Part shown: positions 19,619-28,555 of the stretch, in pieces
Position numbering within the stretch: position 1 is the stretch's first letter
Layout of the letters: each line of letters starts with the position of its first letter
Program-made: the position numbers and the translations under genes
Sequence record: OK148440
DNA length: 64,000 nucleotides
Strand: one strand, 5' to 3'
Origin: Escherichia phage MLP3
Notes under the pieces: model-generated
The model's database searches: none
What the model saw: only the letters and a program-made list of their open reading frames with translations
Told to the model about the DNA's origin: nothing

Positions 19619-19823
19619 CTTTAATCCCCTTCATTTTAACATAGTCAGCCAACACGTTATTGATAACGGTTGGAAAAGGGATTTCTACTGGAGAGTCAAC
19701 CAGCTTCCCAATACCTTCTTGCATCCACTTCTGGATTGCTCGGAGGTTATCACATCCTGTGCTTGTCATCGGAATACGGCGGGTAGTTACCACGTTATCC
19801 AACATCAGTTTACGAACTTCCAT
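19590..19823 (-). CDS. hypothetical protein
   Basis: 77-aa ORF. Confidence 0.45.
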   Translation of the reverse strand: MEVRKLMLDNVVTTRRIPMTSTGCDNLRAIQKWMQEGIGKLVDSPVEIPFPTVINNVLADYVKMKGIKVEPHVKQGS

Positions 19824-19834
19824 AACTATACCTC

Positions 19835-21868
19835 TTAGTGTTTACCTTTACAGTAATCTGAATTACAGATCACCCTGTTTTCTTTGTTCAGTGAGCAAGT
19901 TTCTGCATCACGCCACGGAATTTGTTTATAACAAACTGCACAAAACCCAATTGAAGTCCAGAGGGCTTTTGTAAACTCAGCTGTTCGTTGTCCATCGTAA
20001 CTGACAACTGTTTTTCGGAGAGAGGTTGACTTTTCTGGAAATGTCTCCGCTTTCTCAGCGGGTACCTCCTTTGGGGCATTCTTTGGACCATAAACAGAGA
20101 TGGCATAAGTATCACCACCACGTTTTTCCAAATACGAATTAGGAACATCTGCAAGTGTGATGTCCCCTGAACGTTTTGCTGAGCTGACCATTACAATCAT
20201 ACGGCTAAGCATACGTTCATCAACACGAACAGCTACTTCAGGACGACGTGGGTTGGTTGTGTCCACTGCTTTAGTCCAAATATAACCCTCAGACAGCGTA
20301 ACATTCTTTACTTTGTCTTTGATTTCTTTGGAGCAGATATAACAAACATCTTCACCACGAAGTTTACTCATTTCGTTGTCAAACTCGAAATCAGTCTTGA
20401 CTTCACCACAGATAGCACATACACCCAAAGGCACATCTTCTTCCTCTTCAGAGGTTTTAGATAACGCTTCGAAGCATTCTGGATGCCAGTATGCCTGATA
20501 AGCAAACACAGCCTTACGAGCATCTTTCCAGTCAATGTGCTTATCACAACCACCACAGTCACCATGAGAGTGAGATTCCCAGAACTTACGAGTGACTTCT
20601 ACACCATTCTTAGTGATGAAGGAGTCCTCTGCATCAAAAGGGATATCATCATCAAAATCAGCAGTAGTGCTTTGAGGCTCCTTATCTGTAGCATCAACAA
20701 ACAGCCCTGAAGTTAGTACGAGGCGAATCATACTGTCCACTTCGGAGATACAAGCAATCGTCCCGCGATATACTACCTTTGGGTTTTCAAGAGCCTTAAG
20801 ATATTCATCTTTGGCTACGTTGTGAACATCCCCTTCGACATACTCTTGAGCTTTATCATCGTAGATGTAACCAACCATCTTACCACGATCTGTGTTGTTA
20901 TAAGCATGGAACTCGTGAGGAATAATATCCACACGACCATCACGACGATAAGGAAGACCACGATCGGCAGCCAGTTTGTTCTGGTCTTCAATCGCTTTAC
21001 GACGACGAATGTCTCCGCTTGTCACGCCGGGCTTGTCGTCTTTGTTTCCGTAAATGTCGCTTGTGCTGCTGCTTGATTTGTTTGTCTGTTGGTTCTGATA
21101 AAGAGAGGAGTTCGAGTAATAGCCGCCCCAGCGACTCGTTACCGTAAAAACCGGAAGCGTGTGCTCCACCTCTTGAACCAGAGTCATACGACTGTTAGAC
21201 ACATCAAAGATATACTCAGTTCCCACTTTACATTCGAAGTGGTCATTGATACGGTTCTTATGGGACTTAGAACGCTCTAAAATCCACATAAGCATAGCTT
21301 CTTCAGAAGCTCCAAACCAATCCAAACCACAGCGGGCTAGGTGGAAAGGACGCTCATCATTACGGATAATGTGAAGTGTGTTGTCTTTAGCATCATGCCA
21401 AATCAAAGTGAATGCACCATCCAGTTTTTGGATAGTCTCTGCTGCTCCAATGGTGTTAATTGAGTGGCAGATGTTTTCACTATCAACTTCGAAACGCTTA
21501 CTGTCAGGAAGGAGATCTTGATCTAACAGGGTTCCATTATGAACCAGAGTAATATCCCCGTGAGTAAATGGGTGAGCATTTCGAGCATTGACAGCCCCAC
21601 GAGTGGCATGTCGGCTGTGACCAACAATCCACGAAGGAGGAACTACGTAGTTCGTAAGCCCTTTGGTAATATTTGTATATTCTGTCTGGAGCATAAAAGC
21701 ATAAGAAGGAAGAGCTTCTTTATAAGAGAAGACTTGCTTTTCACCTTTACGCTGACCAAACACACCAGTTGAGTGCTGTCCACGGAAAACACCAGCATAC
21801 AGAAGTTGGTTGAAAATGTCCAAATCTGCTGAGGTCATGTTGCCGCCAGCTAATACGATACCACAAAT
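19835..21868 (-). CDS. class II (Ntn) glutamine amidotransferase fused to a Cys-rich C-terminal domain; probable AUU start
   Basis: GlmS-like HSRHATRG...NAHPF and LVHNGTL motifs; in-frame upstream codons ATT-TGT-GGT-ATC-GTA encode (I)CGIV matching the MCGIV N-terminus of GAT-II enzymes; AGGTGG SD 8 nt upstream of ATT; TAG two codons further upstream. Confidence 0.7.
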   Translation of the reverse strand: MCGIVLAGGNMTSADLDIFNQLLYAGVFRGQHSTGVFGQRKGEKQVFSYKEALPSYAFMLQTEYTNITKGLTNYVVPPSWIVGHSRHATRGAVNARNAHPFTHGDITLVHNGTLLDQDLLPDSKRFEVDSENICHSINTIGAAETIQKLDGAFTLIWHDAKDNTLHIIRNDERPFHLARCGLDWFGASEEAMLMWILERSKSHKNRINDHFECKVGTEYIFDVSNSRMTLVQEVEHTLPVFTVTSRWGGYYSNSSLYQNQQTNKSSSSTSDIYGNKDDKPGVTSGDIRRRKAIEDQNKLAADRGLPYRRDGRVDIIPHEFHAYNNTDRGKMVGYIYDDKAQEYVEGDVHNVAKDEYLKALENPKVVYRGTIACISEVDSMIRLVLTSGLFVDATDKEPQSTTADFDDDIPFDAEDSFITKNGVEVTRKFWESHSHGDCGGCDKHIDWKDARKAVFAYQAYWHPECFEALSKTSEEEEDVPLGVCAICGEVKTDFEFDNEMSKLRGEDVCYICSKEIKDKVKNVTLSEGYIWTKAVDTTNPRRPEVAVRVDERMLSRMIVMVSSAKRSGDITLADVPNSYLEKRGGDTYAISVYGPKNAPKEVPAEKAETFPEKSTSLRKTVVSYDGQRTAEFTKALWTSIGFCAVCYKQIPWRDAETCSLNKENRVICNSDYCKGKH

Positions 21869-21945
21869 TTTCTAATCCACCTGAAGGGTAAACCCTTTCA
21901 TCTAATTAACCTTTAAATGCGCCCTGTATAAGAGCGCCCGTTGTG

Positions 21946-23046
21946 TTACAGCAGTCGTTCTAATTGCATTTCCAGATGGTCTGGAATATAACCAGTGACG
22001 TTATCATCACTGCTACCTGATTCACGCATCAATGCAAACATGTGACGAATTTCACGAACCGTTGCGATTCGAGTGCTTTCAATCTGAGGGGTGTAGTAGG
22101 TCATGATCTCTTCGTAGACACTGTTGGCATTACCGCGCACATATCCCAAGAAACCATAGAAGTCATTCATATCACGTAAGTTGATAAGGACTTCACCATC
22201 AGGGCCAGTCTGTTGCACACGAACACGACCAACCAAAGTTACAGATTGCTCACGACAGAAGAGAATATCACGAGCAAGACGATACCCTTCAGTGAGATCA
22301 CTGTCTCTTGGAGTATAGTCTAGGGGTAGATGTTGAATCATAGGAGCGAAGCGCAGCTCATTCAACTTCTCAACATAAGCTTCATTGTCTAAATCTGCAT
22401 ATTCAACAGCAAGTTTCTTGAGAACCAAGAAGCGGTTGACCAGATTCAGAAGTTGGCTCTTTTTCCACTTCGGCTCTGAGATACGGAACTCAACAGAACC
22501 AAATTGAGATAGAGGCAAAAGATTAAGGGAGGTATATTTATCCCAGCTATTAACAAGAGAGTGGAAGAAAGCTTCCCCGTCTCGGTTGAACGCTGACGAA
22601 GCATTCATAACTTGTGCTTGAACGACAGCAAAAGCTGGACAGAAGTTGCTACGATAGCGATGGTATCCAGAACATTTGAACATCATCTTTTCATAGAACG
22701 TCCATCCAAGAATAACTTTCTTAAGGATATTACTATCAGCGTCACGCATATCCATATGAACGTGAGTGGAGCAGCGCCAAGTTCCCTCGGCTCCAGAATC
22801 CTGTACTGCTTCACTCAGATTGTTAATAGCACGAAGTAATTCTTCACCGTTGTAAGGTCGTGCACATACTAATTCACAACCATCACGAAGAGAGCCATCT
22901 TCAGTACAAACCCACATATCAGCGTCAATGTCAGTTGTACCTTCGACTTCTAACTCAATACCAACACCACACTGAAAAGCAATACTTGGATGCGGTTCAG
23001 ATAAGCGAGGGTTACGGTATCCAAAAACTTGTGCTACGGTTGTCAT
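21946..23046 (-). CDS. carboxylate-amine ligase (amidoligase / GCS2-like)
   Basis: GVGIELEVEG and STHVHMDM motifs resembling GCS2/YbdK-type carboxylate-amine ligases. Confidence 0.55.
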   Translation of the reverse strand: MTTVAQVFGYRNPRLSEPHPSIAFQCGVGIELEVEGTTDIDADMWVCTEDGSLRDGCELVCARPYNGEELLRAINNLSEAVQDSGAEGTWRCSTHVHMDMRDADSNILKKVILGWTFYEKMMFKCSGYHRYRSNFCPAFAVVQAQVMNASSAFNRDGEAFFHSLVNSWDKYTSLNLLPLSQFGSVEFRISEPKWKKSQLLNLVNRFLVLKKLAVEYADLDNEAYVEKLNELRFAPMIQHLPLDYTPRDSDLTEGYRLARDILFCREQSVTLVGRVRVQQTGPDGEVLINLRDMNDFYGFLGYVRGNANSVYEEIMTYYTPQIESTRIATVREIRHMFALMRESGSSDDNVTGYIPDHLEMQLERLL

Positions 23047-23669
23047 AATGATTCCACCAACTCTACATTATATGATGACAGGTCTGAAGAAATATGCTTG
23101 AACTTCTCCAGAAGGTTTAAAGATTGACGACCATTGTCGCCATAACCAGCTTCAAGAAGCACGTTTCCAACGTAAGCCCCTTTGTAATAAACTTTTCCAT
23201 CGACAGGATTGATATAGATGAAACGAGTAACCAACCCTTCAAACTCTGGATTAAACAGGTTATACACCAAATCACCCGGAATCGAACGTCCGAGAGAAGG
23301 TGGAGTACCACGAAGTTTATTCCCCATCAAGCCTTTAGCTCGCTGACGAACAGGGTTGATATGGGTCCAGCTCACCATGTTATTACCATGCTGAAGGTAT
23401 CCTACATCTGGAGACTCCAGAATGAGGCTGTGATCAAACACTGGGATATTACTAACAATCTGACGTTCAAACTGACCTTCAGAGTTTTTAGTCCAGCGTT
23501 CCGCCTCAAACACTAAAGACATTTCAGCGTCGTGTGAGTAGTCGTCAATATCAAAGTTACCTTGCTGACGAACATCAAGCACATATAGAGGGAGGTTTTT
23601 ACCATCAGGTGATCGCTGAGCAATCCATGTTCCACAATAATAGTGTTGAAAATCTCTTAACAAGCTCAC
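23043..23669 (-). CDS. hypothetical protein in amidoligase cluster
   Basis: 208-aa ORF translationally coupled to neighbours. Confidence 0.5.
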   Translation of the reverse strand: MSLLRDFQHYYCGTWIAQRSPDGKNLPLYVLDVRQQGNFDIDDYSHDAEMSLVFEAERWTKNSEGQFERQIVSNIPVFDHSLILESPDVGYLQHGNNMVSWTHINPVRQRAKGLMGNKLRGTPPSLGRSIPGDLVYNLFNPEFEGLVTRFIYINPVDGKVYYKGAYVGNVLLEAGYGDNGRQSLNLLEKFKHISSDLSSYNVELVESL

Positions 23670-23678
23670 AATATCACC

Positions 23679-24530
23679 TTATACAATCTGGAGTTTAGAG
23701 GAGAATTTATCCGCTTCTTTAACATCGTTACTGTTGATGATGTTGTGAAGCTTTTCAATTGGAAGGCGAGAGTGAAGTGACATCAATACTTCCATATCAC
23801 AGCCTTGAACAACCTTATCAACTTGCTCATAAACAAACTTGCGGGTTGACTTCTCGCCAATCCAGAAGTTAGAAAGAGAACGATATTCAATACCGTAATC
23901 TTTGTAGCGAATGGCAGAAGCCTTTCCGTATAACTCTTTACGACGAGTATCTTTATCCATGATCACAGCTGGCAAGGACAGGAAGTAATCACACAACACA
24001 CCCAACATCATTTGAGTCTGACGACTAATTTCCAGCGTACCAGTGACGCCAAGGTGAACATGACCGCCAGCAGTACGCAGACCTTTGTCTGTCGCTACTG
24101 GAGATGGGTTTTTCTGACCAGTGAAGGCGTTGAAATCAGGAGTACAACCAAATACAAAGGCTGACGGATGGAAAGATTCCAGCTCTTCTGAAGTGAACAC
24201 ATGAGAGCTAATCCCAAGTGCTGCCTCCATGCCACGTTCATTGAGAACTTTGTTAGTCAGATCAATACCACGCTGAATGTTATCATTAAACGCTTCAAAC
24301 CCTTTCTGTGGGTTAATATCGAACTCGGCCAGAACGTTGTCTTCTTGAAGACGAACATCAGGGGCCAGATCAATTTTGTTGTCTTTAGAGCAGCCCAGCT
24401 TACCAGCCACAGAGGTGATAATACCAGAAGCAGTACGAACAAACATTTCAGGGTCAGAACCAATAAGGAAAGCACGCTTAGTCATTGTAATACTCCACGA
24501 GTTCATCAAAAAGGGAAACAACACGAGCAC
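23679..24530 (-). CDS. second amidoligase-like protein (tentative)
   Basis: FLIGSDPEMFV and GGHVHLGV motifs reminiscent of the E-x-E and HVH motifs of carboxylate-amine ligases. Confidence 0.4.
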   Translation of the reverse strand: MLVLFPFLMNSWSITMTKRAFLIGSDPEMFVRTASGIITSVAGKLGCSKDNKIDLAPDVRLQEDNVLAEFDINPQKGFEAFNDNIQRGIDLTNKVLNERGMEAALGISSHVFTSEELESFHPSAFVFGCTPDFNAFTGQKNPSPVATDKGLRTAGGHVHLGVTGTLEISRQTQMMLGVLCDYFLSLPAVIMDKDTRRKELYGKASAIRYKDYGIEYRSLSNFWIGEKSTRKFVYEQVDKVVQGCDMEVLMSLHSRLPIEKLHNIINSNDVKEADKFSSKLQIV

Positions 24531-25428
24531 CAGCTTCTTCTGGTGTCATTGAGGAAGGTACTGCTTGCATCAGTCGTTCGATAAAACTGCGAACAGTAAT
24601 TCTGTCCATACGCTGATCTAATACTTCTCTCTTGTGACCTGCACAAGTTGACCAGAGACGCAACCACTCACTCATACTCTCGTAATGGTCAGGGTCTTGG
24701 TCACGACGACGTGCCATACGACGGAGAACTCCATCATTGTGGTTTCGTACATAACCATCTCGGTTATCATCAACACCGAACACATTCTGAACCCATACGT
24801 TTTCAGAAAATTCATCAGTGGTGCAAATTAGTGGCAGAAATGCAATTGCACTCATGTCACCATCAAAATAAGTCGCTGCTGACTCGTCAGTTGAGTCTAC
24901 GTCATTACTATAACACCAGCGACCAAAGAAGTTACGACTTAAACCAGCTAAGCGTAGAGCTAAACCGATTCGTTGTCGCTTAAGCAACTCTTCCTTGTCT
25001 TGTACGCCTTCCTGAAGGAACTCCATTCCATTAAAATCACCATCCAAATAGCTACGGATGGTCATTAGTCCAGTAAACACCTTGTCTGCTGGATGGTTTC
25101 GAAGGTTCACGGCAATGGAGTTCACCGAAGTGACAGAGAACATATCTTTATAGCAAGACATTGAGTTAAAAATATCTGTTGCTTCAACTAAAGCTCTTTC
25201 GATATCTTTAGCTGGCACGCCATAAAAATTGTGAGGCCAGAAGTTAATAACTTCAATTTCTGAAGTTCTATCACGAAGGCTTGTTCGGTTACGACTTTCA
25301 CCGTTAATGTCTGTAACAGAATACATGTGCATACAGTTAAAAGTACCAAAGCAAGCTCTTCCTTTGAACACTGACTCACCGAAATCCTCTGCCGGTGTTA
25401 CCGGAGCAATCGATGCGGAGATTGACAT
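24478..25428 (-). CDS. hypothetical protein in amidoligase cluster
   Basis: 316-aa ORF. Confidence 0.55.
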   Translation of the reverse strand: MSISASIAPVTPAEDFGESVFKGRACFGTFNCMHMYSVTDINGESRNRTSLRDRTSEIEVINFWPHNFYGVPAKDIERALVEATDIFNSMSCYKDMFSVTSVNSIAVNLRNHPADKVFTGLMTIRSYLDGDFNGMEFLQEGVQDKEELLKRQRIGLALRLAGLSRNFFGRWCYSNDVDSTDESAATYFDGDMSAIAFLPLICTTDEFSENVWVQNVFGVDDNRDGYVRNHNDGVLRRMARRRDQDPDHYESMSEWLRLWSTCAGHKREVLDQRMDRITVRSFIERLMQAVPSSMTPEEAGARVVSLFDELVEYYND

Positions 25429-25436
25429 ATTCGCCT

Positions 25437-26654
25437 CTATTTATTAAAGAATAATTTTTCCATAATGGTTTCCCACTCTTCTGAGGGGAGGGTTGAGAAC
25501 CCGTTTCCGTGAAGCCTGTTTGTCATGCAACTAATAATATTGTACATGTTGTAGCTTCGGGTGGATTCTGTTCCATTGTTCCAGTTATAACCGAAAACAA
25601 TTTTATCGAAGGAGGTTTTATCCGTAGTTACTTCTCGGATGAACTCAACCAAGAGCGATTTCTCTGTGATGACCGCACGTTCACCATCTGGCAGATTACA
25701 ATACTGAGGAAGAAGGATTGGTAAGAACATCGAATTGTTCACTCGACAATCACGAACACCTTCACTGCGATAGATTAGGCTTGAGAAGTCTTCATCACGC
25801 AGGTGTCCTTCACCTTCAGTGTATTCACACTGTCGCCATTTGGTCTGGCGAGGTTCAATCATTGTACTGCCAACGCCTACTGTATACAGAGACGCTTGGA
25901 AGATACACGAGTCGTAATCATTCCCTGTTAAAGCAACTTGCTCATTGCCGAACACATCCACTGAAGAGTTAATCAGTCGGCTGAATGCAAGAGAGGCTAG
26001 TGGAGACCAACCTTTCTTATACATCTTGTTCAGCATTTCATACACAGCAGATTTTTCATCATCTGTATAGAATGTACGATTCAGCATCAGATAGAACAGA
26101 GCGCGATCAGCAGGACAACCATCAGTACAAACACCCATGAATCCTACTTCATGCCATACCAGACATGAGTCAGAATCTTTATCCATGAATGCTTCAAAGG
26201 CTTCCATTACAGCCCTGTCAGTAACATCAGGACGGTTGTTTTCTTCTGCCCATGTTTCTACATGAGAAGGAGGACGAGGGTCTCCATTCTCCACCCCTTC
26301 GCGGAAATATTGAGTGGTAATAGGCTTTTTATCACCATAACGTTTTACACCATAAGCGGGAAGGTGTGTACCAGAGTTCCAGATGTACTTAATTTCGGAC
26401 ATAGGCATCATGTTTTCGAGAACGTTCTCTTCAGCAGTGCCTTGACGAACCATCATATTTTCACTCCACACCTTAATGCGGATATTCCAGCCGTAGTTGC
26501 TGTCATACGTGTTATAATAATCAGGATCACCATCTTCATCTTCATCATAATCACCACCCTGATAGTAACCTGCTTTCAGGAAACCATAACAAGGAGGCCA
26601 GACGGTTACAACATCATCTGATTCTTTCCAGCTTTGAAGTGTTACAGGGAACAT
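25437..26654 (-). CDS. hypothetical protein in amidoligase cluster
   Basis: 405-aa ORF. Confidence 0.55.
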   Translation of the reverse strand: MFPVTLQSWKESDDVVTVWPPCYGFLKAGYYQGGDYDEDEDGDPDYYNTYDSNYGWNIRIKVWSENMMVRQGTAEENVLENMMPMSEIKYIWNSGTHLPAYGVKRYGDKKPITTQYFREGVENGDPRPPSHVETWAEENNRPDVTDRAVMEAFEAFMDKDSDSCLVWHEVGFMGVCTDGCPADRALFYLMLNRTFYTDDEKSAVYEMLNKMYKKGWSPLASLAFSRLINSSVDVFGNEQVALTGNDYDSCIFQASLYTVGVGSTMIEPRQTKWRQCEYTEGEGHLRDEDFSSLIYRSEGVRDCRVNNSMFLPILLPQYCNLPDGERAVITEKSLLVEFIREVTTDKTSFDKIVFGYNWNNGTESTRSYNMYNIISCMTNRLHGNGFSTLPSEEWETIMEKLFFNK

Positions 26655-26665
26655 CTTTTACCTCT

Positions 26666-27028
26666 TTACTCTGCTACCAAAAGGCTCAGAGATTTGCGAA
26701 TGTAGTCAATACTACGGAAGTTTCGATAATTCTCTTGGAAGCGCATCTTTTCAAACTCTGCTTCCTGAAGCTCTACCTCTGCTGCTTTATATCCTGATAA
26801 AGCTAAACTTACCACATCCTGAGGTAAGGTATTACGACGGCGAATAAGATATTTATTCGCTTTTAGTTTACCTTGTGCACGAGCCATTTTGGCCTTTGCC
26901 GCCTTGATACCATGAGAAATCCAAAGCAGTTGCTGTTTCAGATCTTCCTCATCCATACCACCTAAATCATTTGCTACTTTATGCAGCGTAGACAGGTTCA
27001 CATGGCCTTTAATGGGGCGTAGGTTCAT
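26666..27028 (-). CDS. hypothetical protein
   Basis: 120-aa ORF. Confidence 0.5.
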   Translation of the reverse strand: MNLRPIKGHVNLSTLHKVANDLGGMDEEDLKQQLLWISHGIKAAKAKMARAQGKLKANKYLIRRRNTLPQDVVSLALSGYKAAEVELQEAEFEKMRFQENYRNFRSIDYIRKSLSLLVAE

Positions 27029-27192
27029 AACTTCTCCTGTTTGTCACATTGATTGGTTAGCCAGTTGTAAGACCCACTGTTGTTCTTGCTTAACTCGCAA
27101 GATGCAAAAGAGTACATCCTGACAAACCCCACAGTGGCTAAGCAAATAAAGATTGCTGCCAATAAGAATTTAGCTTTCAACTTATTATCCAT
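27025..27192 (-). CDS. small membrane protein (55 aa)
   Basis: ATG at 27192 with GAAGAGG SD; hydrophobic LLAAIFICLATVGFV; stop overlaps next ATG (ATGA); below ORF-track cutoff. Confidence 0.35.
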   Translation of the reverse strand: MDNKLKAKFLLAAIFICLATVGFVRMYSFASCELSKNNSGSYNWLTNQCDKQEKL

Positions 27193-27212
27193 ACAACCTC
27201 TTCTTTGAGCTT

Positions 27213-27237
27213 AAAAAAGGACTCTCCTAAGAGAGCC
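27213..27237 (-). terminator. intrinsic terminator-like hairpin downstream of conserved element R1
   Basis: Minus strand GGCTCTC-TTAG-GAGAGTCC followed by TTTTTT. Confidence 0.45.
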
Positions 27238-27300
27238 AAGCTTTAAGGCCAATTAAATAGATATCACCCAATATCTGTGGATAACCTGCTCTTAAAATAT

Positions 27301-27436
27301 TCTATCCGACGGATGTTCGAGGATTATTCCTCTCCCTAGCATCGGCCCCATACGGGAAAGATTAAATTAAGTTTAGGTTAGTTGAGCCAGAATAGCTCAC
27401 ATAGCCCTCTGATACTCACAAGGGCTATAGATGTTA
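27301..27436 (-). promoter_or_regulatory. conserved ~130-nt element R1 with 8-bp hairpin (copy 1 of 2)
   Basis: About 70 percent identical to 32598..32722; shared blocks TCTATC, TCTCCCTAGC, CTCACATAGCCCTCTGATA-N-CACAAG-GCTATA; hairpin 27401-27408/27421-27428. Confidence 0.5.
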
Positions 27437-27682
27437 CTCTGTGGCTCCGTCGAATCGGAGGATTGCTGCTGGAACAGGGTATACTTCCAGATCTTCATCC
27501 AGTCGGTATAGATGCCCTGTACTTAAATTTACAGCTGTTACTGGCTTAGAGTGGCCTCCAGCCTGTATGGAAGGAACTCTGATAAAGAACTCTTCTGGAT
27601 ATTCAACAGAGTGGAACACACTTCCTGAATAAAGATCTTTTATTTTAGAAGTTTGTTTAGGAGTTTTATCAGCAATTTTCAT
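27434..27682 (-). CDS. small protein, paralog family B (L-x-DL-x-PG-x-VF core)
   Basis: MKI...KDLYSGSVFHSVEYPEEFF; family also at 28803, 29073, 32721, 32946. Confidence 0.5.
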   Translation of the reverse strand: MKIADKTPKQTSKIKDLYSGSVFHSVEYPEEFFIRVPSIQAGGHSKPVTAVNLSTGHLYRLDEDLEVYPVPAAILRFDGATE

Positions 27683-27915
27683 TACAGACCTTTCTTAGCA
27701 CGATCTTTGGCAGTTTTGCCAGTGCGGATACGATGGGAAACATTAACCAGCTCGCCACCTTCGACGATGGTTACGCTTTTGTTTTTCGCAATATCAAACA
27801 CAGTTTTCTCTGTGCCGCCCAGACGAATCTGTTTAGGCTCACTGTGGGTCTGAGTTGATTTAGACTGGAACTGGAACGGCTGACGGATGGCATCAATTGC
27901 GCTAACTTTAGACAT
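27682..27915 (-). CDS. hypothetical protein
   Basis: 77-aa ORF. Confidence 0.45.
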   Translation of the reverse strand: MSKVSAIDAIRQPFQFQSKSTQTHSEPKQIRLGGTEKTVFDIAKNKSVTIVEGGELVNVSHRIRTGKTAKDRAKKGL

Positions 27916-27943
27916 GTTTTTATTACCTTACATTAAAGAGAGA

Positions 27944-28357
27944 TTAAACAACGAATTGGAACGCTTCGTATCCAAACTTATATAAGAAATCGTGTTTGAA
28001 CTTCGTTACACGACCACGGTCACGGAAAGATTTCAGACGGTTACTGAACCCAGCCATCGGCTCAGGGTCAATAGGACTACGAATCTTCATAGCTACAGAG
28101 TGCAGCTTGAAGCGCTTACCAGTGCTACATGCCATCATCACATACTCCATACGAGTAGTCCAGATGTTAAGCACCATACTTGTTTTCTCCGCTGACCAAC
28201 CAGTCTTGCGGGCGATTTCCTTATGGATGTTAAGCTCCAAAGGAAGTGGGAATTGCTTGTTGAATGAAGCCGGATAGAGTTTGACCAGAAGATCAATGTT
28301 TTCTTTATACGTTAAGTAAGCTAATTTCTTGCTTACGTTGGGGAATTTCCCAGACAT
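27944..28357 (-). CDS. ProQ/FinO-domain RNA-binding protein (tentative)
   Basis: N-terminal region LVKLYPASF...PLPLELNIHKEIARKTGWSAEKTSMVLNIWTTRMEY resembles the ProQ/FinO domain. Confidence 0.45.
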   Translation of the reverse strand: MSGKFPNVSKKLAYLTYKENIDLLVKLYPASFNKQFPLPLELNIHKEIARKTGWSAEKTSMVLNIWTTRMEYVMMACSTGKRFKLHSVAMKIRSPIDPEPMAGFSNRLKSFRDRGRVTKFKHDFLYKFGYEAFQFVV

Positions 28358-28390
28358 TTTTGAAGCTCCAAAACAGCGCCGAAAAGAGAG

Positions 28391-28432
28391 GCGTCATAGT
28401 AGCTAAAAGGAGGAGAGAAGAGGGCTTATTTA
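28391..28432 (-). promoter_or_regulatory. bipartite conserved motif GCGTCATAGTAG-N13-AGAAGAGGGCTTAYTTA (copy A)
   Basis: Second copy at 34508..34550; both preceded by a short hairpin; located just upstream (minus sense) of the ProQ-like gene. Confidence 0.4.
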
Positions 28433-28555
28433 CTTGCCTTTTTCTGTCCGTTAATGTACCAGATAACTGAACCGTCAGGCTGTCGTTGACCGAAGCCTTT
28501 CAAGTTAACCATTTCTTCTTCAGAGTAGGCACGTTTTCTCACTGATTTTCTCCTG

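Noticed and set aside
27330-27345. GCTAGGGAGAG in R1/R2 resembling the +1 region of T7-type single-subunit RNAP promoters
   Set aside because: Upstream sequence does not match any T7/T3/SP6/K11-type consensus and no single-subunit RNA polymerase gene is present in this window; the similarity is probably coincidental.
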